Source of the DNA: Hyalangium minutum
GTDB taxonomy: Bacteria; Myxococcota; Myxococcia; Myxococcales; Myxococcaceae
Length of the DNA: 64,000 bases
Direction: 5' to 3'
NCBI RefSeq assembly: GCF_000737315.1
Contig: NZ_JMCB01000024.1
Location: 1-64,000 of the forward strand
The position numbers and the translations under genes were made by a program. Below the pieces are notes generated by a model. The model was not told the origin of the DNA, did no database searches, and saw only the letters and a list, made by a program, of their open reading frames with translations. The stretch's first letter is position 1; the number at the start of each line of letters is the position of its first letter. Of the stretch, positions 56,547-64,000 are shown piece by piece.

Positions 56547-58716
56547 ACGTTGTCCCCTCCCCGGACTCCGAGCGCACCTCGATACGCCCCTGGTGCGCCT
56601 GGACGATCTGCCGCGAGATGAAGAGCCCCAGCCCCAGGCTCCCCGTCCCCGTCCTCGCCTCCCGGCCCCGATGAAAGGGCTCGAACAACACCGGGAGCTG
56701 AGCGGCGGAAATGGGCGCCCCCTCGTTGTGCACTGCCACGAGCACCCCCTCCTCTTCTCCGCGCACGTCGACCTTGACCGGGGTGCCTGCCGGGCTGTGC
56801 TGCACCGCGTTGCCCAGCAGGTTCGCCAGCACCTGCGCCAGCCGATCCGGATCCACATCCAGCGCTCCCTCCGCCTCCACCCGCAGCTCCAAGTGCCGTT
56901 CGGGGAACGCGGACTGGAGTTCCTCCACCACCTGCCTCACCAGTTCCCCGGGTGACACCTTGCGCGGGGTCAGAGGAATGCCCCCCACCCGCGCCTGCGT
57001 GAAGTCCAGCAGGTCCCGAATCAGCCGGTGCGCCCGATCCGCCGCCGCGTAGATGCGCGTGGCCGCCTTCGCCGTCCGGACATCCAGTTCCTCGCGCTTG
57101 ATGAGCGTCGACGCCGACAGGGAGATGGCGTTCAGGGGGTTGCGCAGATCGTGGCTGACGATGGCCACCACATCCTCACGCACCTTCACCGCCTCGCGCG
57201 CCTCCTGGTAGAGCCGCGCATTGTCGATGGCAATCGCCGCCCGGTCCGCCAACCCCTGCGCCACCGCGATGCTCGAAGCCCGCGACATGCGCCCCGGCTC
57301 CAGGGAGGCCAGGTTGAGCACCCCCAGCGTTCGCCCTCGTGCCTTCAGCGGCAGAATCACCGAGGACCGCGGCTCCAGCGCCTCCAACATGGCCCGGTGC
57401 TCCGGGCACTGCGCGACGCTGTCCAGCCACTCGGGGGTGATATCGGCCACATGAGGGATGCCCGTCTCGAACACGCGCGCCACCGGGCTCGAGGCTCCCC
57501 GCCGCGGCGCGTACGCCATCGCGCTGTGGATGAGCTCCCTCCGAGCCGGCTCCCTCGCCTGCACCTCCACCCGGTGGAGCTGCCCGTCTTCTCTCAGCAG
57601 ATCCAGCATGCAGTAGTCCGACAGATGCGTCACCGCCAGCAAGGCAATGCTCTTCAACGTCGTGTCCACGTCGAGCGACTGCGCCAGCACTGCCCCCGCC
57701 TCCACCAACAGCGCCTGCGCCCGCTCCGCCTCCTGGCGCTGATGGATGTCCTCCACCAGCCGCTCCATCAACTGGGCCTGGATGATCAGCGAGGTGGCTC
57801 GCTGCGCCATGGTGCGCAGCAACTGCTGGTCGTCCTCCGAGAAATCGAAGGCCGTGCGCGAGCCCATCTGCGCGACCCCGATCATTTGCCCTTCGTGCAG
57901 CAGCGGCACGCCGTAGAGCGCGTGAATCCCCTTGCTGCGAAGACGCGAGCCGCGCCCCAGCGGATCCCTGGACGCGTCCCGCAGCAAGAGCGGCTCTTTC
58001 CGTGCGGCCACCGTCCCCGTGAACCCCTCCCCCACTCGCACGGGCTGCCGCGCCTGGACCTCCTCCTCCAGACCGATGGCTGCCCGGACGCGCAGCACGT
58101 CCTCCGCGTCCTGAAGGAAGATCGCCACCGAGTCCACCGCGGCCACTGTCTCCAGCAGCACCGTCATCAACTGGGGCAGGAAGGTGTCCAGTTTCCCTGT
58201 CCCCAGCGCCGCCGAGGAGACCCGATCCAGCGCCCTCAAGGTGCGCTCCCGGGCCAGAGCAAAGCGGGCCGCCGAGGCGGAGATCACCTCATCGATGGCG
58301 CGGTCCAGCTCGCGCACCTCCCGCACGGCGAGAACGCCCGAGACCTCCTGCTCCCACAGCCCCAGGATGGTGTCGCGCAGAGCGCTCAGCTCCTCGGTCG
58401 CTGTACGCAAGTCGTAGCCCTCGTCCAGCCTCTCGAGGGCATGCCTGTCCGGCAGTTCCTGGAGCGACGCATGCCCGCCCGTCTCCAGCGCCTGGAGGAC
58501 GCAGGCGATGCGCTCGAGGATCTGCGGGACATGGTCGCGTAGCGCCGCCCCTTGCAGGCGCTCGGCCACCGGGAAATGCCGGGCCCGGCGCTCCCACTCT
58601 TCCAGGATGACGTGGAGGCGCCCCCGGATGAAGTCACAGAGCCGATTGCCCTCCTGGGCAGTCACCACGCCGTGTCCCGCCATGAGGACAAGGTAGAGCG
58701 CCCCAAGACCACCCAC
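56497..58716 (-). CDS. Cytoplasmic sensor histidine kinase (N-terminal RsbRD-like helical domain, two GAF domains, HisKA, HATPase)
   Basis: VSHDLRNPL H-box, QVLANLLGNA N-box, VHNEG, GLGLFI G-box; two GAF-type segments. True start probably slightly downstream. Confidence 0.9.
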   Translation of the reverse strand: MGGLGALYLVLMAGHGVVTAQEGNRLCDFIRGRLHVILEEWERRARHFPVAERLQGAALRDHVPQILERIACVLQALETGGHASLQELPDRHALERLDEGYDLRTATEELSALRDTILGLWEQEVSGVLAVREVRELDRAIDEVISASAARFALARERTLRALDRVSSAALGTGKLDTFLPQLMTVLLETVAAVDSVAIFLQDAEDVLRVRAAIGLEEEVQARQPVRVGEGFTGTVAARKEPLLLRDASRDPLGRGSRLRSKGIHALYGVPLLHEGQMIGVAQMGSRTAFDFSEDDQQLLRTMAQRATSLIIQAQLMERLVEDIHQRQEAERAQALLVEAGAVLAQSLDVDTTLKSIALLAVTHLSDYCMLDLLREDGQLHRVEVQAREPARRELIHSAMAYAPRRGASSPVARVFETGIPHVADITPEWLDSVAQCPEHRAMLEALEPRSSVILPLKARGRTLGVLNLASLEPGRMSRASSIAVAQGLADRAAIAIDNARLYQEAREAVKVREDVVAIVSHDLRNPLNAISLSASTLIKREELDVRTAKAATRIYAAADRAHRLIRDLLDFTQARVGGIPLTPRKVSPGELVRQVVEELQSAFPERHLELRVEAEGALDVDPDRLAQVLANLLGNAVQHSPAGTPVKVDVRGEEEGVLVAVHNEGAPISAAQLPVLFEPFHRGREARTGTGSLGLGLFISRQIVQAHQGRIEVRSESGEGTTFTVWLPRHSRHSRSGH

Positions 58717-58741
58717 TGGCGAGCGCCCGCAGGCTTGGCCG

Positions 58742-59590
58742 ATGAGCGAGCAAGCGCAGGTTCTGGCGTGCTACGGTGCCCGCGTGGCGCGCGAAGAGTC
58801 CATTGCGGAGCGGGTCGACCGGCTCGAGCTGCCGTTCAACGAGTTCGGCGTCGACCCGTATGGCATCTCCAAGAAACATCTCACCCTGGCGGCGTCGGCG
58901 CTCGCCGTGCTGTACCGGTACTACTTCCGGGTGCGGTGCTACGGCATCGAGCACGTGCCGCCGCGCGGCCGGGCGATGATCGTCGGCAACCACTCGGGCG
59001 GCTACGCCATCGACGGGGCCATGCTCCTCACCTCGTTGCTGCTGGAGATGGAGCCGCCCCGGCTCGGCCAGGGCATGGCGGAGAAGTTCCTCAACCGCTT
59101 CCCCGTTGCCTCCCTGTGGACCAGCCGCACCGGCCAGTTCACCGGCCTGCCCGAGCACGCCCTGCGCCTGCTCGAGGACGATCGCCTCCTCATGGTCTTC
59201 CCCGAAGGCTCACGCGGCACCGCCAAGCTCTACCGCGAGCGCTACTCACTGGTGGACTTCGGCACCGGCTTCATGCGCCTGGCCTTGCAGACGCGCACCC
59301 CCATCGTCCCCACCGCCATCCTCGGCGGCGGCACGGCCGTTCCCACGGTGGCCAACCTCTACGCGCTGGGGCGCCTGATAGGCATGCCCTACGTCCCCGT
59401 CACCCCCTACCTGCTGCCCCTGCCTCTGCCCGCGCCCATGGAGCTGCACTACGGCGAGCCGCTCACCTTCTCCGGCACCGGAGACGAGGACGATGACGTC
59501 ATCAGCGGCTACGTGGAGCAGGTGAAGGCCCGCGTGGCCGAGCTCATCGAGCGCGGGCGCGAGCTGCGCCACCGGAGGCGGACGCAATGA
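58742..59590 (+). CDS. Lysophospholipid/glycerol acyltransferase family protein
   Basis: VGNHSGG..IDG (HX4D-type), VFPEG.RG, GFMRLAL, PIVP. Confidence 0.88.
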   Translation: MSEQAQVLACYGARVAREESIAERVDRLELPFNEFGVDPYGISKKHLTLAASALAVLYRYYFRVRCYGIEHVPPRGRAMIVGNHSGGYAIDGAMLLTSLLLEMEPPRLGQGMAEKFLNRFPVASLWTSRTGQFTGLPEHALRLLEDDRLLMVFPEGSRGTAKLYRERYSLVDFGTGFMRLALQTRTPIVPTAILGGGTAVPTVANLYALGRLIGMPYVPVTPYLLPLPLPAPMELHYGEPLTFSGTGDEDDDVISGYVEQVKARVAELIERGRELRHRRRTQ

Positions 59591-60522
59591 AGGTCCTCAT
59601 CCTCGGTATCGCGGGAGGCATCGCCCGAAAGCTGGCCACGCGGCTGCTCGACTCCGGGCACGAAGTGCTGGGCATCGACGTGCGCCCCTGGTCCAGCGTC
59701 CCCAAGGGCATCGAGTTCCACCAGGTGGACGTGCGCAAGCGCGCCGCGGAGGACGTCTTCCGCCGCCGACGCCCGGACGCCGTCATCCACATGGCCACCG
59801 TCACCGCCCTCACCGTGAGTGGCGGCGAGCGCGGCCGCATCAACCTGGATGGCACGAAGGCCGTCTTCGATCACTGCCGGGACTACGGTGTGAAGCAGGT
59901 GCTCTTCGTCGGCCGCCATACCTTCTATGGCGCCGCGCCGGACTCGCCGCTCTACCACTCCGAGGACGAGCCCCCTCGCGCCCTGGAGAAGGTGCCCGAG
60001 CTGGCCGACCTCGTCGCCGCTGACCTCTACGCGGCCACCGCGCTCTGGCGCATGCCCGAGATGACCACCGCCGTGCTGCGCCTCGTCTACACGCTGGGTG
60101 CTCCCGGCACCGGGACGCTCGCGAGCTTCTTGCGCGGCAAGCGGGTGCCCATGGTGCTCGGGTACGATCCGCTCTTCCACGTCCTCCAGGAGGAGGATGT
60201 CGTCACCGCGCTCCAGCTCGCGCTGGAGAAGCGCCTGCGCGGCATCTTCAATGTGGCGGGTCCTCCGCCCATCCCCTTCTCCGTCATTATCCGGGAGACA
60301 GGCCGCACACCGGTGCCGCTGCCCGGCCCGTTGCTCGCACGGCTCGTGGGCCGGTTCGGGCTGCCTCGCACCTCGCAGGGCGCGCTGGCCCACATCCAGT
60401 ATCCCATCGTCGTGGACAACCGCCGCTTCCGTGAGGCCACCGGCTTCCGCTACGCCTTCGACGAAGGCCGGATTCTCCGCATCTTCCGCGAGGCCTCTCC
60501 GCCTCCCGGCTCGGCAAGGTGA
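59587..60522 (+). CDS. NAD-dependent epimerase/dehydratase (extended SDR)
   Basis: [31 protein letters not shown]; ATGA coupling to the acyltransferase. Confidence 0.85.
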   Translation: MKVLILGIAGGIARKLATRLLDSGHEVLGIDVRPWSSVPKGIEFHQVDVRKRAAEDVFRRRRPDAVIHMATVTALTVSGGERGRINLDGTKAVFDHCRDYGVKQVLFVGRHTFYGAAPDSPLYHSEDEPPRALEKVPELADLVAADLYAATALWRMPEMTTAVLRLVYTLGAPGTGTLASFLRGKRVPMVLGYDPLFHVLQEEDVVTALQLALEKRLRGIFNVAGPPPIPFSVIIRETGRTPVPLPGPLLARLVGRFGLPRTSQGALAHIQYPIVVDNRRFREATGFRYAFDEGRILRIFREASPPPGSAR

Positions 60523-60588
60523 GTCACACTGGGAGTGCGGCTGGAGCCCCTTGGCAGACCTTGGCCGTCGCGGCGAAGATCGCGCGCC

Positions 60589-62721
60589 ATGATTATCCAG
60601 GACCCGGCGGGCCTCCTGCAGCGCATCCCGGAGCTGAAGCCTCTGTGCGAGGACCCCGGTGTGCGCCGCGCGGTGGAGCGCGGTGACCCGTTCCGGCTCT
60701 ACCGCACGCTGCGCTGGGCCCGGTGGATGGGGCGGCTGCGCTCGCACCGCGAGGTCATCGACATCCTGCTCCGCCATCGGCGGCTCTTCGCGCGCCCCCT
60801 CAAGAGCAACCCCATGCTGGGCACCGTGAATGGCTTCGGGGCCTCGCTGCTCGGCAGCGCGGAGAAGGATGAGCAAGACGGCACGTGCATCGCCACCCAC
60901 TGTGTCGTCGCGCTCTTCGCCATCCCCCTGCTGCCCTTGGGTGCCTATGTGGTGCGCCCCGGCCAGGGCAGCGGCGCCTTCAACCGCTCGTGGACACTCT
61001 TCGCCCGTGTGCCGCTGGGCCCGCTGCCCTGGCTCTGGAGCCGGGCCCTGGCGCTCGGGGTGATGGCGCTGGTGGTGCTCGGCGCGGCGCAGGCCTTCCA
61101 AGCCTCGCGCTACCAGGATGTCCGGCTGATCAACGGCTTCCCTCAGCCCGTCAGCGTGGAGCTCGGAGGCAAGAAGGCCGTCGTCCCGGCGAGCGGGATG
61201 ACCCTCCTCCCCCAGGTCCCCACCGGCCACCAGAAGGGCCGCGCGGCGACCCAGGACGGCGTCGAGATCGACACGGTCGAGCTGGAGGTGGCCTCGGGCT
61301 TCGATGTGCTCGCCTGGAACATCGCGGGCGCGACACCCGTGTTCCTGGAGACCGTCGTCTACGGACCGGACTCGAAGAACAACGCACCGACGGGCTATGA
61401 GCCGCAGCTCTACTGCGGCCAAAAGGTCCTCACGCTCCGCGATGTGGACCACGTCTTCAGCGAGCCGCCCTCGTCGCTGCGCCTCTCCGAGTCCCAGCGC
61501 TACGCCACCCGCTCCCACGTCGGCATCCTGCCGCAGGACCTCAGCGGCCCGCCCGTGTGCCTCAGCCTGCTCATAGCGCAGGACCGCTACGCCGAGGCCG
61601 TGCCGCTCCTCGAGCTGTACGCTCGCCTGGCGGGCTGGGAGCGAGGGTCCGCCACCCGCGCCATTGCCATCGCCCTGATGCACAGCCCCGAGGAGGCGGT
61701 GCGGATTGCCAAGCTGGCGCTCGCGGTTCATCCAGAGGACGCCGAACTGCACCGCATCTACCAGTGGGCGGCGGAGCGCATGGGCCAGCATGAGGCCCTG
61801 GTCCAGGAGTACCGCGCCCGCGCCGAGGCTCAGCCGGACTCCGCGACCGCCCAGTACCTCTCCGTGCGGCTCCAGCGGGGTTCCGAGGGCACCGCCGCCA
61901 TGGAGCAGCTCGCGCAGCGCTTCCCCCAGGAGCCGCTCATTCTCAGAGCGGTCGTCTACAGCCGCTGGCGTACCGGGGACTGGAAGGGCACGGCAAAGGC
62001 CTGGGAGACTCTGCGGGGACTCGACACCGAGGGTGCCGCCACCCTGGCCGAAGCCGAGGCCACGGCGCTGGTGGCCCAGGGACGGCGCGCCGAGGCGCTG
62101 GCGCAGCTGAAGAAGCTCTTCGCGGAGGCGGACCCAAGCAGCCGCGCCGAGGCCGCCGAGGTCTACGCGCGGGTCGCCCACGGTGAGAAGGGCGTCGACC
62201 CCGAGGAGCTCATCGCGGTGCTCGAGGCGGAGGGGGGTCAGCAGGAGGAGGAGTCATCGAAGCGGTGGGAGCTCCGCGCGCGAGCGGGGCTGATCCCCGA
62301 GGACGCACCCGACATGCCGATGCTGCGCTTCATGTCCTCCGTAGGCCGCGATCCCAAGGCGGCCGTGGACATGGCCCCCCAGTTGAAACCCGCGCTGCTC
62401 CGAGCGCTCGGTGGAGCGGGCTGGGCGTTGGCCTACGGCGAAGCGGTGCGCACCGGCGCGACGGAGCCCGAGCAGGCCCTGGCCAAGGCGTACCTGCTGG
62501 AGCCACACAGCCTGGAGGTGTTCCGCCAGTTCGTGCGCGGAGAGAGCGTCTCCCTCGAAGCGGCCGAGCTGACACCGGAGTTTCGCGCCGCAGCCTATCT
62601 CGTGCGCTCACGCAACACGGCCCTGCCCTCGGAGGAGCGGCGGCGCTTGGTGGAACTGGCCCGGCGCGATGATCTGCTCCACAGTCCTGTCAGCGAGGCG
62701 ATCGCATCATGGGCACCGTGA
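60589..62721 (+). CDS. Hypothetical membrane protein with TPR-like C-terminal region
   Basis: Hydrophobic segments VVALFAIPLLPLG and ALALGVMALVVLGAA; helical Ala/Glu-rich C-half. Start set at ATG 60589. Confidence 0.7.
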   Translation: MIIQDPAGLLQRIPELKPLCEDPGVRRAVERGDPFRLYRTLRWARWMGRLRSHREVIDILLRHRRLFARPLKSNPMLGTVNGFGASLLGSAEKDEQDGTCIATHCVVALFAIPLLPLGAYVVRPGQGSGAFNRSWTLFARVPLGPLPWLWSRALALGVMALVVLGAAQAFQASRYQDVRLINGFPQPVSVELGGKKAVVPASGMTLLPQVPTGHQKGRAATQDGVEIDTVELEVASGFDVLAWNIAGATPVFLETVVYGPDSKNNAPTGYEPQLYCGQKVLTLRDVDHVFSEPPSSLRLSESQRYATRSHVGILPQDLSGPPVCLSLLIAQDRYAEAVPLLELYARLAGWERGSATRAIAIALMHSPEEAVRIAKLALAVHPEDAELHRIYQWAAERMGQHEALVQEYRARAEAQPDSATAQYLSVRLQRGSEGTAAMEQLAQRFPQEPLILRAVVYSRWRTGDWKGTAKAWETLRGLDTEGAATLAEAEATALVAQGRRAEALAQLKKLFAEADPSSRAEAAEVYARVAHGEKGVDPEELIAVLEAEGGQQEEESSKRWELRARAGLIPEDAPDMPMLRFMSSVGRDPKAAVDMAPQLKPALLRALGGAGWALAYGEAVRTGATEPEQALAKAYLLEPHSLEVFRQFVRGESVSLEAAELTPEFRAAAYLVRSRNTALPSEERRRLVELARRDDLLHSPVSEAIASWAP

Positions 62722-64000
62722 CTTCTCCGAGCACTCCGCGGCGGGCGCTGCTGACGCTCGTGCTCTGGGCCGGCTTCTGGATATTGGGGCTCGCGGTGGT
62801 CGCCGCGCTCGCGTGGGTGCCCATCGCCGAGAGCCTCTACTCGGGCGGACTGGGGTGGGCGGGCATCTTCTCCGCCGCGGGCGCGCTCACCGTGCTCTGG
62901 GCGCTGCGGCCCCGCTGGTCGTTCCAGAAGCATCAGCAGGACGACGTGGAGTACCTGTCCCCGGAGCGCTTCCCCGCCCTGCACGCGCTGGTCGAGGACG
63001 TGGCCAAGCGCGTGGGCTCGCGGGTGCCGCGCAAGGTGTACCTGGCGGATCAGACCACCGCCTTCATCACCATGCAGCGGCGCTGGCTCGGCCTGCGGCG
63101 CGAGGCCATCGTCGGGGTGGGCTTCCCGCTGTTCGCCATCCTCTCGCGCGAGGAGCTGGCCGCCGTGCTCGCGCACGAGTTCGGCCACCACACGGGCGGA
63201 GACCTGACGCTCGGCCCGTGGGTGTACCGCACGCGATCCGCCATCGCCTCGGCGGTGGACACGCTGGAGGACTCGGCCTTCTTCCTGGACGTACCCTTCC
63301 GCCTCTACGGCCAGATGTTCCTCCGGGTGTCGGGCGCCGTGTCCCGACAGCAGGAGCTGGCCGCGGACGCCCTGTCGGCCAAGACGTGCGGGGCCGACGC
63401 CGCCGCTCGCGCGCTCCACAAGGTGCACGTGCTGGCGCCGCTGTGGAGCGCCTACCTGCACCACGACGTCATCCCGATCATCGAGAAGAGCGTGCGCGTC
63501 CCCTTGCTGGACGGATTCAAGACCTTCCTCCAGGAGAAGACCTGGCGCGCGGAGATCACCCATGACATCGAGGAGGAACTCCGCCGCCCGCCGTCACCCT
63601 GGGACTCGCACCCTCCCTTCGAGGAGCGGCTGAGCTCGCTGGGCCACGAGGGCCCCCGCGAGGGAGAGCCCCTGCCGCTCCAGGAGTTCGAGGCCGGAGG
63701 CTGCATCGATCTGCTCGGGGGCGCAGCCGCCGCGGAGGAGGTCTTCTACGAGCAGAAGACGCGCGGCAGCTTGGTCCACCTGAAGTGGGAGGAGCTGGGC
63801 GAGAAGATCCTCCTACCGGAGATCTCCAAGCACCTCACGGGTGGTGCGCTGGATCCACGCCGCACGCCGCTGACCTCCCTGCCGGAGCTGCTGCGCGAGG
63901 GCTCCACGCTCTGGGACCGGGTGCGGCCCCCGGGGCTGGACATCCTCTCTCCCGAGGCGAAGCGCCTGCGTGCCCGTCAGGTGCTGGTGCAGTGGCTGGC
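62718..64000 (+). CDS. M48 (HtpX/Ste24-like) zinc metallopeptidase, 3'-truncated by window end
   Basis: Absent from the ORF track because it runs off the window. GTG overlaps the upstream TGA; two N-terminal TMs; EELAAVLAHEFGH (HExxH), SRQQELAADA, SHPPFEERL. Confidence 0.9.
   Translation, partial: MTSPSTPRRALLTLVLWAGFWILGLAVVAALAWVPIAESLYSGGLGWAGIFSAAGALTVLWALRPRWSFQKHQQDDVEYLSPERFPALHALVEDVAKRVGSRVPRKVYLADQTTAFITMQRRWLGLRREAIVGVGFPLFAILSREELAAVLAHEFGHHTGGDLTLGPWVYRTRSAIASAVDTLEDSAFFLDVPFRLYGQMFLRVSGAVSRQQELAADALSAKTCGADAAARALHKVHVLAPLWSAYLHHDVIPIIEKSVRVPLLDGFKTFLQEKTWRAEITHDIEEELRRPPSPWDSHPPFEERLSSLGHEGPREGEPLPLQEFEAGGCIDLLGGAAAAEEVFYEQKTRGSLVHLKWEELGEKILLPEISKHLTGGALDPRRTPLTSLPELLREGSTLWDRVRPPGLDILSPEAKRLRARQVLVQWL

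Noticed and set aside
29405-58716. Prophage or integrative element at tRNA-Asn
   Set aside because: No integrase, phage, conjugation or transposase genes, and no attR copy of the tRNA 3' end was found by eye.

Overview
High-GC myxobacterial chromosome segment. The taxonomic call (Myxococcales, probably Cystobacterineae/Archangiaceae) is inferred from gene order and content. Bases 1-29.3 kb look like conserved core: dnaX(3' part)-ybaB-recR; a masABK-like trio (beta-barrel, FecR lipoprotein, Ser/Thr kinase); mglBA; a paralogous Glt 'core' cluster (GltC/D/E/F/G-like) followed by a Wzp-like beta-barrel and a Wza/OPX gene; and an RsmB-LdcA-serine hydrolase-mpl-TlpA-IMPase operon. tRNA-Asn(GTT) at 29331-29403 opens an accessory conflict/signalling region (~29.5-56 kb) with four modules. 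(1) A PAAR-like (DUF4150) toxin with a Cys-rich, probably deaminase-fold C-terminus, plus a SUKH-type immunity gene. (2) A clan-CD (C25-like) protease-HTH gene paired with a metallophosphoesterase. (3) A Ser/Thr kinase, an FHA-like sigma54 activator, a Kelch protein and a 68-aa peptide; two sigma54 promoters here share a TTGACGCGTCAA-type enhancer at the same 50-bp spacing. (4) A three-gene NLR/Toll-like operon: AAA_35-TM-WD40, TIR-AAA_35 and CHAT-nSTAND1-WD40. This operon is the strongest candidate for an undescribed system. The last 8 kb carry a VOC protein, a GAF histidine kinase, an acyltransferase/SDR pair and a TPR-membrane protein coupled to an M48 peptidase. No CRISPR array, integrase or transposase was seen. 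Family assignments come from motif recognition only; no searches were run.
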